The notes under the pieces: generated by a model
Database searches by the model: none
Told to the model about the DNA's origin: nothing
The model's input: the letters and a program-made list of their open reading frames with translations, nothing else
DNA from: Savitreella phatthalungensis
Lineage: Eukaryota
Assembly: GCA_051599415.1 (NCBI GenBank)
Contig: AP039713.1
Span: 124,001 to 188,000 of the forward strand
Direction of reading: 5' to 3'
DNA length: 64,000 nucleotides
Shown: one piece after another, positions 31,608-42,718 of the stretch
How positions within the stretch are numbered: the first letter of the stretch is position 1
How the letters are laid out: each line of letters begins with the position of its first letter
Program-made: the position numbers and the translations under genes

Positions 31608-34600
31608 ATGTCGTTTCTCTTCAAGAACAAGTCGAAGAAGGATCAAGGTGGGTCACCAGGCGCAGGACACGGCTCTCCTTCCACGTCCACCTTTGATGGC
31701 TCATCACCTACAGTCCCTGCAGGACATCCACAGATCGCTAGGGGTAGTCCTTCTACTACTGGCACATCCCCTTCGGCGCTTCCTCGCACTCAGCAGCAGC
31801 AGCATCATCATCACCAAGGACAACATGCGAATCCTCAGCAGCTAGCTACATCCCTTGCAAGTCCTCTCCAGGGATCACCTGCATCCACAGCACATCGCAA
31901 TCTCAGCCGCACACCACCAGAAGCAGCTTCACGAATGGTGAACCTCTCCAACAGTACAGGCAGCTCAGGAGGCACAAATGACAACGGTAGCAATGCCAAC
32001 ACAGGTCTTTCAAAGTCATCTACATCTGCATCTGGCTCCGCATCTGCACAGTTGCAGCAACAACAACAACCACAGTGGCCATGGTCTTCAAGGGAAGTCT
32101 CAGGACAATCATCACCATTCCCTCGTTATGGCCATGCGACCAATGCACAGGCAGGCAGGGAAGGCGATGTTTACTTGTTCGGAGGTCTTGTGCGTGAGCT
32201 GGCAAAGAATGACCTGTGGCAGATCGACGCAGCGACAGCCAGGGTATCCCTTATACCCACCACTGGTCATATCCCTTCGCCCAGGGTCGGCCATGCAGCG
32301 CTCTTGATCGGCAACGCCTTCATCCTCTTCGGTGGCGACACCCGTGTAGCGGAGGAAGGTCTGGACGGCTCGCACGGCACGGGCGTCAACAACAGCAGTG
32401 CAACGGTCAGCGACGACTCCCTCTACCTCCTCAATACCAACAAACGCACATGGACCAGGGCAGACGTTGTCGGCGCAAGGCCGAGCGGCAGGTACGGTCA
32501 CACCATCAATATGCTGGGTCCGAAAGTGCTCATCTTTGGTGGTCAGGTAGACGGCTTCTTCTTCAATGACCTCGTCGCTTTCGACCTCAACAAATTTGGA
32601 CAGGCAAAGGCGCGCTGGGAGCTGATCGATCCTGCTCCGGGAAGCGACGTCCCGCAGGCACGTACAAATCACGTCGCGGTCACGTTTGATAACAAGCTCT
32701 ACGTATTCGGCGGCACGAATGGAACAGAGTGGTTCAATGACGTCTGGCAATTCGATCCAAACAGGCGAATTTGGACGTGTCTCAAGTGCTCGGGTTATGT
32801 GCCGCAACCACGCGAGGGTCACAGCGGCACGCTTGTCGGTGACACCCTGTACATCTTTGGAGGCAGGGATATCGACGGGCACGACCTCGGAGACATTGCC
32901 GCACTCAAAATTCCTCTTTCCCGATGGTTCACCTTTCAAAATCTCGGACAGGCACCCACGGCACGTTCAGGTCACGCACTCACGAGCGTCGACCGCAAGG
33001 TGCTTGTTATCGGCGGCGAAGGTATGGAGTCCGCAGCCAGGGGCGATGATGGTGTCATCTACGCGCTCGACACTGCAAAAATAAGATTCCCACCGGAGAG
33101 AAAGACTTCTGCAGCAGTTCTTAGCCAGACGGCAACGAGTGCGGTCCAGACTACTGGAGGACCTATAGGTCAATCACCACCGACAATCCGATCTGTGAGT
33201 GGCGCGAGCACGACCATGCAGTCTCGCCTACCTACGACACAGGCAGCCAGGCTATCCATGTCGCAACAAACTCCTGCACAAGCGTCGCGGCGAACGTCTG
33301 CCCAGGCAACCTCCATCGGTCGAGTTCTCAGTTCAAGTCCGCAGCAGCGGCAACTCACCCCTCGGGCAGCATCCTCTGGCAGCACGATGGCTGCGACAGC
33401 TCAGACAACAACGACGCCACCGTCGGCCTCAGCGCAGCTCAAGCGCTCAGGCTCACTCGATAGTATGATAGACCTGAGCGAGATGATCCGGCAAGACGCT
33501 AGCGGCAGTCCCGCACAGACAGCATCAGCGCGAGAGCTCAAGCACGTCAAGAGCGTCGACCGTCTGCGCGATGTCTCTCCGCGCGTCATTCAGCAGCAGG
33601 CACTCGGTAAGGGGCGGCCGCAGTCGAGAGATGTCTCTCAACCACAACAACTTCACCAGCAGCAGCAACAGCAGTATCCCGCAGCAGAAGTCGCTCGCCG
33701 TCAGCTCGTCACCCCGCTTCCTGACCTCAACGACATGACTTTCATCGACGATGCCAGTGCAGCCAAGGTCAATGGCCTCAGAGGACCTAGCGGAGATTCC
33801 ATCAAACAGACTCCTGATTTGAAATTACCGAATGAGGCTTGGCTGCTGGCGGAACTGGCGCACGCCAAGCGGCAAGGTTATGAGACACGGCCGTCGACAG
33901 ATCCAAATCCACTAGACGACTCTCCGCGCTTCAGAGACCTGAGTGCGGCTGATCAATCGGTCATCCTCGGCGTCCGTGCAGAGCTCGACACTCTGCGATC
34001 GCAGCTCAAGGAGGCGTCTGCACTCGCTCAGGGTCAAGTCGACATGCTCATGGCAGAGCGAGATGCGGCACTCAAAGAAGCGACGTACGAGCGTGCACGT
34101 AATGCTGCGATGCAGGCAAATGATCCAGAACGATTGAAAGGTATCGAGTCGCAGCGTGTCGCTGAGCTCGAACGCCGTCTGGACGAGCTCTTGACTCATT
34201 CGCAAACACTCGAGGATCAGCTCAAGAGGGAAAGATTGGATGTCGAGCAGCACCGCGAGCGTGCCCTCCAACACGCCGACCTCGCATCATCGCACGAGAC
34301 AACTGTGGGAGAGCTTACTGCGCAGCATGAATCTCTGAGTGCCGCTCACCTCGCGGTACAAAAACAGCTGAAAGAGCTCCAGAAAGCTCACGAGGAGCGC
34401 GGAATAAAGCTTGAATCACTCGAGACAGCACTGCACACTGATCGATTCGACCGATCGCTGTACGATCGTCTGAAGGAAACGCATGACCACCATCTTGATG
34501 CGTTCGCCCAGACACAGTCCGCACTATCAGTCACATCGTCTCGAGTGGCTCAGATGGAGCGCGATCTCGACAGCGGGCGAGCAGGCAAGCTCGAGCTGGA

Positions 34601-36053
34601 GCGACAGATCCAAGAGCTCGAGCAGCAACTAGCAGAAGCGCGTGCGCAATCGACCCAGCATCAGAAGGCTGTCAGGGACCTCGAGGCCGACCGAGACGCT
34701 GCCAGGCAAGAGGCTGACACCCACCGGAACACGCACGAGACTGGTGTCCGATCACTTCTAGCGAGGACCGCTGAACCTCAGGACGCGTCGAGTATCGCTG
34801 CCTTTGCCGCTCTCCAGCGACAGCTCGACGAGACACGGCTCGCACATTCGCAGACACGTGCACTTCAAGAGTCGTCCGGCAATCAGGTCACACAGCTTGA
34901 GCAAGAGAAGACGCAGATGTCGGCGCAACTGGCAGCTCAAGCACGCAGACTCGTCGCCCTCGAGCGTCAGCTCACGGACGGTTCGGCCGCTTACAGAGAC
35001 CTCCAAGCCACTCACAACTCCTTGACAGCAGAGCTGCTCGCTCGAAAGCGCGATGCAGACGAAGCGCATATGCGACTTGCCGCGATGAACACGTATCGCA
35101 GCGGCGCCATCGCCCCGGACGTCTCATCCGATGATGCCGACGCCGTCGCTAGCGACACAGACATGACACGACTCAGGGAGCTCGAGCAGCAATTGCAAGA
35201 GTCCCTGACCCTGCAAAAGGAGATGGAGTCATCGCACGCTCGAGCGATGGACGATCTTCGTGCGCTCGAGAAGTCGCGCTCAGCCACAGACACAGCGGCG
35301 GCGACTGCAGTCATCGGGTCAGTCAGCTCGACGACAGCACTACAACAGGCTGAGCAACGGGCTGCCGACGCAGAGCGGCAACTTCAGGAATCCACAGATG
35401 CTTTCCACGACAGGTTGACGCAGCTGGAGGCGGACTACGCATCCGCTGTACACTACGTCAAAGGCACTGAGAAGATGCTGCGTAAGATGAAGGAGGAGCT
35501 AGCCAAGAGCAAGGAGCAGGCGAGTACTTTGCAAGGTCAACTGGACGTACGCGACATGCCCAACGCTACGTCGAGAGCTGGTAGGGGCGATGGTCAGGAG
35601 CTTGAGAGTGCGAAAGCGCATGCGCGCCAGCTCGAGCATGATAATCTCGAGCTCGAACGACGGATGAAGGAAGCAGAGCATAAGGTGAATGTCCTCCTTG
35701 ATCAATTCGAGCAGTCCGTCGACACGTACCGCCGCCGATCACAACTGTTCAGTCCTTCTGACTTTGACGGAGCCTCGACAGAGACCTCCCCGGTCCACGC
35801 CACCGTCTCGGCTCCACGTGCACCCAGCTTCTCAGCTGGCGACCAAGCAGCGCTCAGATCCTCCTCCGCACTTGACCAGCTCGCCAAGGAGCTCGACCAA
35901 CTGCGAGGACACTGGGAGCGCGAGCGCGAAAAGTCACGTCATACGACCGGCGATCCGTCTCTCGCCATCGATACCAAAGTCTCAGGAGAGCCAAGCGCAT
36001 CCTCACCAGAGAGCGCGCGTAACAACGTCGCGCCTAGCATCGTGCCGATGTAG
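31608..36053 (+). CDS. Kelch-repeat plus coiled-coil cell polarity protein (Tea1/Kel1-like)
   Basis: About six kelch repeats ('PFPRYGHA', 'LFGG', 'PSPRVGHA', 'GRYGH', 'PREGH'), an S/Q-rich linker, and a long coiled coil with 'QLEADYASAVHYVKGTEKML'. Confidence 0.92.
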   Translation: MSFLFKNKSKKDQGGSPGAGHGSPSTSTFDGSSPTVPAGHPQIARGSPSTTGTSPSALPRTQQQQHHHHQGQHANPQQLATSLASPLQGSPASTAHRNLSRTPPEAASRMVNLSNSTGSSGGTNDNGSNANTGLSKSSTSASGSASAQLQQQQQPQWPWSSREVSGQSSPFPRYGHATNAQAGREGDVYLFGGLVRELAKNDLWQIDAATARVSLIPTTGHIPSPRVGHAALLIGNAFILFGGDTRVAEEGLDGSHGTGVNNSSATVSDDSLYLLNTNKRTWTRADVVGARPSGRYGHTINMLGPKVLIFGGQVDGFFFNDLVAFDLNKFGQAKARWELIDPAPGSDVPQARTNHVAVTFDNKLYVFGGTNGTEWFNDVWQFDPNRRIWTCLKCSGYVPQPREGHSGTLVGDTLYIFGGRDIDGHDLGDIAALKIPLSRWFTFQNLGQAPTARSGHALTSVDRKVLVIGGEGMESAARGDDGVIYALDTAKIRFPPERKTSAAVLSQTATSAVQTTGGPIGQSPPTIRSVSGASTTMQSRLPTTQAARLSMSQQTPAQASRRTSAQATSIGRVLSSSPQQRQLTPRAASSGSTMAATAQTTTTPPSASAQLKRSGSLDSMIDLSEMIRQDASGSPAQTASARELKHVKSVDRLRDVSPRVIQQQALGKGRPQSRDVSQPQQLHQQQQQQYPAAEVARRQLVTPLPDLNDMTFIDDASAAKVNGLRGPSGDSIKQTPDLKLPNEAWLLAELAHAKRQGYETRPSTDPNPLDDSPRFRDLSAADQSVILGVRAELDTLRSQLKEASALAQGQVDMLMAERDAALKEATYERARNAAMQANDPERLKGIESQRVAELERRLDELLTHSQTLEDQLKRERLDVEQHRERALQHADLASSHETTVGELTAQHESLSAAHLAVQKQLKELQKAHEERGIKLESLETALHTDRFDRSLYDRLKETHDHHLDAFAQTQSALSVTSSRVAQMERDLDSGRAGKLELERQIQELEQQLAEARAQSTQHQKAVRDLEADRDAARQEADTHRNTHETGVRSLLARTAEPQDASSIAAFAALQRQLDETRLAHSQTRALQESSGNQVTQLEQEKTQMSAQLAAQARRLVALERQLTDGSAAYRDLQATHNSLTAELLARKRDADEAHMRLAAMNTYRSGAIAPDVSSDDADAVASDTDMTRLRELEQQLQESLTLQKEMESSHARAMDDLRALEKSRSATDTAAATAVIGSVSSTTALQQAEQRAADAERQLQESTDAFHDRLTQLEADYASAVHYVKGTEKMLRKMKEELAKSKEQASTLQGQLDVRDMPNATSRAGRGDGQELESAKAHARQLEHDNLELERRMKEAEHKVNVLLDQFEQSVDTYRRRSQLFSPSDFDGASTETSPVHATVSAPRAPSFSAGDQAALRSSSALDQLAKELDQLRGHWEREREKSRHTTGDPSLAIDTKVSGEPSASSPESARNNVAPSIVPM

Positions 36054-36163
36054 CTCACGCATACGATTTGTATTCGTGTCCGTGCCCAAATCCCTGACTG
36101 TATCTGTTGCCTCATCAATTGCATTGGTCGTTCGTTGTCGTCTCTATCCCTGACCGAAGAAGT

Positions 36164-36853
36164 TCAGATGAGCTGGACTTCGCCTGAGAGGACGTACTGC
36201 TTGACACTAGCATATGGAAGCAGCATCGTCTGCCCTGCTTTCGCATGAAGTGTCTCCATTCTCTGCCTCCAAACGCCTTCCCCTCTCGTGCCCGCGCCAT
36301 CTCCAGCATCTTCCCGTACTGTCACTCGCACACGCAAGTCCAATGCCGGTGCAATGATCATGCAGAACACAGCACGATCGAGGTCGGGCGTATCGACCAT
36401 CGACACGCCTGCTGCCGCCTTGTCGTCTAGTCTCCGAAGCTGCGGTGGGAGGTCGCGCATACCCGCGTTATCATAGTGTGAGGCAAGCAAAGCAACATGC
36501 CGTGTCAGGTACTGCTTTTCCAGTGGTGACAGCAGGTCGTCCCTGTCGAGGCTGTTGTAGTGTGTGGGAAACCGGTCGATCTTGGATATCCGCGTACGCA
36601 TGTAGCTCCGCACGAGCCAACGCGTCCGTTCCACATCCGTCTGCAGGATAATCGATGCTAGTGCGTTCGTCCCAGACGTCTCAAGCTCCTCCAGCCGCTC
36701 ACGAAGTCCTGCAAGCGTCTGCTCAACCGCAAACGACGCAAACGGCAACAGCTCAGGCGCCAATCGCTCCCTTTGCAAGATCTCACTCAGATCATAATCT
36801 TCTGCAGAGCTAGGTCCACCACCCAGGATCTCATCCAGCCCAGCGTCAGACAT
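36164..36853 (-). CDS. SLD5: GINS complex subunit Sld5
   Basis: 'ERLAPELLPF', 'ILQTDVERTRWLVRSYMRTRISKID', 'LLSPLE', 'PDLDRAVFC', C-terminal 'GEVQLI'. Confidence 0.93.
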   Translation of the reverse strand: MSDAGLDEILGGGPSSAEDYDLSEILQRERLAPELLPFASFAVEQTLAGLRERLEELETSGTNALASIILQTDVERTRWLVRSYMRTRISKIDRFPTHYNSLDRDDLLSPLEKQYLTRHVALLASHYDNAGMRDLPPQLRRLDDKAAAGVSMVDTPDLDRAVFCMIIAPALDLRVRVTVREDAGDGAGTRGEGVWRQRMETLHAKAGQTMLLPYASVKQYVLSGEVQLI

Positions 36854-37147
36854 CTGCGAGCGTCAACACCAGAACAGGTGGCTATGGCGGTGTCTTTACT
36901 CCCGCAGATGAGCGTCTCTTCAACCCCATCTTCGCACGTGACGTCCGGCTCCACAACTAGGTGCGACCTTGTTCCCCACGCGGGCGGGCCGTCTGGTGCT
37001 ACGATGCTAGCGAGGACACCATCAATGCTCATCTCATACAGCAACGTCTCACATACCAGTGTCACAGAACCTCGCGCGTGGACCACGTAATCAGTACTTG
37101 CCCCGAACTCTCGCTTCCAGACCACAAAAGGTCTCGGCCAGCCGCCT

Positions 37148-38968
37148 ATGACACGCATCACCCTGGAACCAGAGTTGCCGATGTCTACAGAGCCCGAGGC
37201 GCAGGATCACGAGCACAAGCTCCAGGACGGAGACCCTCAGATGGTCGCTGAGGGGGAAGAGATTCCAGCGGTCGGGAAACTCTCACTGATGGATCGATAC
37301 CTGGAAGAGCAGCGAGAGCGTGCGCTTCCACGTCGGACTGTGCGGAGTGTGTCTGGTGTTGCGGTGGCTGAGCTTTTGCGGGGTCCTAGCGATGCAAGTG
37401 CGCTTGGTGTGAGTGTGACAGCGCCTCGGGAGGTTGTGAGGGAGAAGTACCCTGCAAAGGCACACCTGCGTAAAGTCGCATCGTTTCTGCCGGCCGAACC
37501 GCAGAGGAAGAGCAACTACCTGCTGCTCGAGGGCGCAAAGGTCCTCCCCCGGGGCACCTCAGACCAGACACTCCCATTCGAGCAAGAATCAAACTTCTAC
37601 TACCTCACAGGAAATAACCAACACCCAGACTGGTGGCTTCTTTACGACATCCCCAATGACAAAGCATGCGTCTTCATCCCACCACAGAGAGCCGGTCGCG
37701 ACATCGCATACCTCGGTCAGCTGCCATCGCGCGAGGAAGTGCTGGCTGCGTACGATGTGGATGTGGTGAATGTGTTGGATGAGTTGGGTGGGGTGTTGGT
37801 AGGTCGGTTGGGTGGTTCTGGGTTTTATGGGATTGGGGATGATGTTGTGAGGGAGGCGTTGACGTGGTCGCGGGTTGTGAAGGATGAGGTTGAGAAGGCT
37901 TCGCTAAGACGGGCTTCTAGGATCTCCGCTCACGCCCACATCTCAGTCGCCACGCACCTGCGGGCGTACAGGACCGAGCTGGAGGCAGAGACACAGTTCG
38001 TCGCATCCTGCAGGGCAAGAAAGGCCGACGGCCAACCACCGTACGCGCCAATCGTCGCAGCAGGCACAAACGCAGCAGTCCTACACTACTCCGCCAACAA
38101 CGCCTCCTTCACCAACCCCAACCACACGCGCCAGCTCCTCCTCATCGACGCAGCAGCACAGAGCAATCGCTACGCATCAGACCTCACGCGGACGTACCCT
38201 CTACCGCTCGATGGCCGGTTCACCGATAAGGGTGGCGCGGTGTACCGGGTCGTGCTCGAGGCTCAGAAGTGGGCGCTGTCTCGGGTGCGTGCGGGTGTGA
38301 GGATGTCTGATCTGCAGAAGGGTGTCCACAGGGAAGTTCTTGCTCCTGCAGTCGTCGAGCTAGGACTCGTGAACGCAGACATCGAGACCACAAGGTCAAA
38401 GTACCTCACCGCAGCCTTCATGATGCACGGGCTAGGACACCACATAGGTCTAGACGTCCATGACGTCACACCCCTTCGTCGCGTCCACACCAAATCCCTT
38501 CCAGCAGACGTAGACACAGCCCACACGGGCGATCCGCTAGAGCTCGCGCTCTTCAGAGCAGCGACGACGGCGAGGACGACGGCGAGGGGCGTGCTTGGGG
38601 ACGCGGTGGTCGATGGTGAGGAAGGGTGGCGGTGGGAGGAGGTTGCGCTGGAGAGGGATATGTGTGTGACGGTTGAGCCTGGGATGTACTTCAACCGAGA
38701 GTTTCTATCGCTTTTCCGTGGGGATACACCAGCGAGGTCATCAGACGGCGCAAATCGACCTGGCTCAGCCGTACGCAGGACATTCGAACCACAGCCGCCA
38801 CCCATTGCAAAGCTGTTCAATTGGCACGCCATCGATACCTATATGCATGTCGGCGGAGTCAGGATCGAGGATACAGTCATCGTGACCGATCATGGGTACG
38901 AGAACCTAACAGACGCAGTGCCAAGGGAGTTGGAAGAGGTAGAAGCTCTTGTTCGTGGAGATCGCTGA
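37148..38968 (+). CDS. Xaa-Pro aminopeptidase/prolidase (M24B)
   Basis: 'KYPAKAH', 'FEQESNFYYLTG'. Metal ligands in 'LIDAA', 'YASDLTRT', 'HGLGHHIGLDVHD', 'TVEPG.YF', 'GGVRIED'. Confidence 0.92.
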   Translation: MTRITLEPELPMSTEPEAQDHEHKLQDGDPQMVAEGEEIPAVGKLSLMDRYLEEQRERALPRRTVRSVSGVAVAELLRGPSDASALGVSVTAPREVVREKYPAKAHLRKVASFLPAEPQRKSNYLLLEGAKVLPRGTSDQTLPFEQESNFYYLTGNNQHPDWWLLYDIPNDKACVFIPPQRAGRDIAYLGQLPSREEVLAAYDVDVVNVLDELGGVLVGRLGGSGFYGIGDDVVREALTWSRVVKDEVEKASLRRASRISAHAHISVATHLRAYRTELEAETQFVASCRARKADGQPPYAPIVAAGTNAAVLHYSANNASFTNPNHTRQLLLIDAAAQSNRYASDLTRTYPLPLDGRFTDKGGAVYRVVLEAQKWALSRVRAGVRMSDLQKGVHREVLAPAVVELGLVNADIETTRSKYLTAAFMMHGLGHHIGLDVHDVTPLRRVHTKSLPADVDTAHTGDPLELALFRAATTARTTARGVLGDAVVDGEEGWRWEEVALERDMCVTVEPGMYFNREFLSLFRGDTPARSSDGANRPGSAVRRTFEPQPPPIAKLFNWHAIDTYMHVGGVRIEDTVIVTDHGYENLTDAVPRELEEVEALVRGDR

Positions 38969-39134
38969 AGAATGATTCTTTGTCGTATAAACTATTTCGA
39001 TATTTCTCTTTGGATTGTCTATATAAGGCGTACGTTGCATTGCGGTAGATTGTGATGTGGTGTGAGTCTAGGTGTATTGAAGGCGCCTGCGATGGCTGCA
39101 GACTACGTAAAGTACAAAGGGGTCACGCTGAGAT

Positions 39135-40208
39135 TCACTGCTGGAAGACTGAGGGCCGCTCGATCAGTTCAGCTTGGACGTTTTCCGTGGCTGGACGTTT
39201 ACGAAGCTTTGCCGTCAACTTGGCCTTGTCGGCTTCTGTCGAGCTGGACTCGGACTTGGCCAGGCGCTCCTCGGCCAGTGCTTCAGGCTCGACAATCTCT
39301 CTCAGAGCGTCAACTTCGGTCGCCTGCTTCTCCCAGGTCGCTCGGTTGAGTGCCTTGTCGAAGAGCTCTGGGTTCGGAGGCACATATGATCCACCGAGTC
39401 GGTCGAAGAGCGTGGTGAACTGCCCGTAGTTGCAGGAGAATTTGAGGTGATGGAGGGAGTGGCAGGCTGCGCCGTTGACGATCGGATCGTTTGCCAGGTA
39501 TTCTCCGTCGTGGATCATGACCGTCCAGATGTTGATGAAGGAGAAGAGTGCGATGTACGCATGCTTCTGGAGTGGGAAAATGAAGGGGAAGATGTGGTAT
39601 GGGAGGGATTGAGAGAAGCCATCTAGCGGGTGGAAGGCGTGGGATGCATAAGGGGTTGGCATGATCCATTTGTGGTGAGGTTTGTGCAGACGCTTGTACA
39701 GCAACTTCGAGTGAAGTGCTCGGTGGATGAGGTAGATGAGTGAGTCTGTGAAGAGGAGGAAGAGTGGGAATTGGAGAATGAAATATGGCCAGCCGTACTC
39801 GGAGATGTCTCCGTAGAGCTTTGTGTATCCGCGCACTTCTGCGAGGAAGAATGGCATGGTGCAGATTGCCATGAATGGGAGTGAATTGAGTGTGGTGTTG
39901 ATCTCCATACGGATCTGTCCCTTGATGTACTTTGGATGCTCGAATGTGCGGTGATCAAAGATGAAGATGTAGCTCAGGGAGGCAAAGAGGAAGTAGGTGA
40001 TCAAGCCGAAGATCCAGGTGATCATGAACAGGGAGAATCCCTGCCTGAGGATGTTGTCGCGCGTCAGTAGGCTTCCAGCGCCTGTTTCTACGCCATTGAA
40101 TTGAGCTGCTTTGAGGAGGAAGGTGTTTGACGTTGCATTTGGAGCGAATGCGCTGTACGCGAGATCGAACCCTGCGTATCTATCGACGAGATCTAGGACG
40201 ATATCCAT
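39135..40208 (-). CDS. ERG3: C-5 sterol desaturase
   Basis: His boxes 'HRALH', 'LHKPHHKW', 'ASHAFHPLDG', 'CHSLHH'. Also 'NYGQFTTLFDRLGGS'. Confidence 0.96.
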   Translation of the reverse strand: MDIVLDLVDRYAGFDLAYSAFAPNATSNTFLLKAAQFNGVETGAGSLLTRDNILRQGFSLFMITWIFGLITYFLFASLSYIFIFDHRTFEHPKYIKGQIRMEINTTLNSLPFMAICTMPFFLAEVRGYTKLYGDISEYGWPYFILQFPLFLLFTDSLIYLIHRALHSKLLYKRLHKPHHKWIMPTPYASHAFHPLDGFSQSLPYHIFPFIFPLQKHAYIALFSFINIWTVMIHDGEYLANDPIVNGAACHSLHHLKFSCNYGQFTTLFDRLGGSYVPPNPELFDKALNRATWEKQATEVDALREIVEPEALAEERLAKSESSSTEADKAKLTAKLRKRPATENVQAELIERPSVFQQ

Positions 40209-41533
40209 GATCCAGAAAGGAGTATCCTTTGAGATTCGAGAGATGGAGAGTCGCGTCTATTATGAAGTTGTGTGTGTGTGGATATGTGTAGTGTGTAGAG
40301 TGTAACTGATGGTTGAATGAATCTACTTACATGTGTAATGTTGACTTTACTTTGGGTGGTGTGATTCAGTCAAACTTTTTTCCCATCTCTTCCATTCCTT
40401 CACGTGCTCAATCACGATGATCCGTCAACCGACCATATATGCATCCATCTACCAACACGTGTGTGTATACGGAATATAGAAAATCTAATCCAGTATAATC
40501 CAATTCTATATCTGCAACAACAATTAAGCTGTTCGCTGTGATGCAATTTGTATCTGAAATATAAATCCTTCAATCAATCTGAAACTGACCCAACCATCAA
40601 TCGTCATTATGTATCTGACGACTGCCAGATATTTGATCTGATCCATATCGCTTCAAACAATCAATCTGACACTTCCGCTAGATCCGTCTTCTATTGCCAC
40701 AGTGGCAATCAAACACCTGATCTTCCACCCCAAGTCAGGTGCTCAATCGTTACCAGTGTCTTGTTCACAATTATATGTCCTGGACACTGCGACATGTCTA
40801 GCCCTGGAAACCAGTTATTCGTTCACTTATCAGTGTCACTGAGCTCGCCATTGTCGAGTCATTTGAGACAGTCAAGGGAGTCAGCATGCGCTTATGGACG
40901 CTTAAAAAGTGACTCAATCGAGACTTACCTACTTGAACACGAATCGCTGTTGGAGAACTGTATTTCATGCTAGGAGATCAGCGGCACACGTCTCGTGTGG
41001 TTCATCTGTACTGAAATCCTTGGCAAATAGTCCCAATTAGATCCGACTCATTGGATATTGCTTTCGCTTCCTTCACACCACATCCATCACAGCTGTCGTA
41101 TCTAGGTTGCATCACAGTCTTATCGATCTACCGCCAGTTCTAACACTTGCATGAACGACAACGTCACGAGCAGTACCTGATCTACGCAGCGATATCGACA
41201 ATCCTGCACTGACGCAGAACAGCACGCGCCTATCGACAAGATTCCACGGTAGTCTGGACGCTTGCATCCTCTGCTTGGAATTCACGCCACTCTGGAGCTC
41301 GAATCTTGATCACTCCAATTTCTTCTTTGAATTTTCGTGCATTCTGGAGGACCAAGCGATAATTTGGCTGACAAACACGTGTCTGACTAGACGTCCTCCT
41401 TGTACAGTGCACTGTTGGTGGAGTGTATTGCTGCTGAGCAGCAACGCTCCAGGTAACAAGATCTCTAGCACAAGACGCGTTTGCATACACATCAACTACA
41501 CGATCAACCCGCTTGTCCGTCCTTCTGCTCCCC

Positions 41534-42643
41534 ATGTCGTCTGCTCTCGCAGCCCTGCGAGAGGCAGTGCTTGCAGACAGGCCTCTCCAGCTGCTTGATG
41601 AGTCAAACGGCGTTGTAGACGACGTCAGCAGCGCTGCTTTTGTTTCGACAGGGACGGGCACGAACCTGCCACTGGATCAGGAGACTGAGCTTGGGGCCAC
41701 ACGCACGCTCAGAGCTTGTGTACTGTCATGGCTGCAGCGCAACCTGGGTACGGCAGAGTACATCGCTCTTGCGAACGCCAAGGGCATTGCCAATTTGACA
41801 TTCATCGAGCGGACCACTCTCACAGATTATCTGTCCGGCAAGCGAGCAGACGTCGGCGGCGACAGCATCACAGGCGTGGACACGGCTGCCAAGTCCGCAC
41901 AGCAGGCTTCCGCAGAAGAGTTCCTGGCAAAGATCAAAGCGATCGAGCACACCACACATCCATTCTCCTTCTGTCTGCACGGGCGAAAGCACATCGATTT
42001 TTCGTCTGTCGGACGTGACGCTAGAGATTTCTTCTTGACAGGAAAGCGAGGACCAGCTGCGGGACCTGGTGCTGTGGCTGGTGCAGCAGGTTCAGCAGCC
42101 GCACCACCGGAAAAGAGAAGACTGCGCGACCCAATTATCCTCCTGAGTCCGTCGGCGAGTGCACTCGTGACAATGCACAACGTCAAAAAGCTGCTCGAGG
42201 AAGGCGTATACGTGCCGAGCGAGCTGGCGGCGCGGGAAGCTGGCGGACCAGCACCGGAGGTCCTCTCGCTCTCCTACAAGAGCAAGCTCAGACCAAACAT
42301 GACACTCAGATTCGTCGTCGTTGAGAATACGGATAAGTTCAAGCCAGACTACTGGGACCGTCTGCTGGTCGTCTTCACAACAGGTCAGAGCTGGCAGTTC
42401 AAACCGTACGCGCACGGCTATGCGGAGCCCAGACAGCTATTCCAGCGCGTCCGCGGCGTCCTCGTCCGGTACGCGGACGAACAACCTCTATCGGCAGAAA
42501 AGGACTGGAACGTCCAGACGATCAAGGTCGAGCGCAACCGCAGACACATGGACAAGGTCACTGTCGGTCAATTCTGGGATGGCGTGGAGCGATGGATGGA
42601 GCAGCACAACAAAGGTGACTTCTACCGGCACGAGCGACGGTAG
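41534..42643 (+). CDS. CDC73: Paf1 complex subunit Cdc73
   Basis: 'LTFIERTTL.DYL.G', 'DPIILLSPSASAL.TM.NVK.LLEEG', 'FKPDYWDR...VFTTGQSWQFK'. Confidence 0.94.
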   Translation: MSSALAALREAVLADRPLQLLDESNGVVDDVSSAAFVSTGTGTNLPLDQETELGATRTLRACVLSWLQRNLGTAEYIALANAKGIANLTFIERTTLTDYLSGKRADVGGDSITGVDTAAKSAQQASAEEFLAKIKAIEHTTHPFSFCLHGRKHIDFSSVGRDARDFFLTGKRGPAAGPGAVAGAAGSAAAPPEKRRLRDPIILLSPSASALVTMHNVKKLLEEGVYVPSELAAREAGGPAPEVLSLSYKSKLRPNMTLRFVVVENTDKFKPDYWDRLLVVFTTGQSWQFKPYAHGYAEPRQLFQRVRGVLVRYADEQPLSAEKDWNVQTIKVERNRRHMDKVTVGQFWDGVERWMEQHNKGDFYRHERR

Positions 42644-42718
42644 ACACACCTCTCATGCTCACGAGAAGAAGATTTAACATAGTTGTACAATATCGGGTTG
42701 TTCTCTCGACAATCACTT

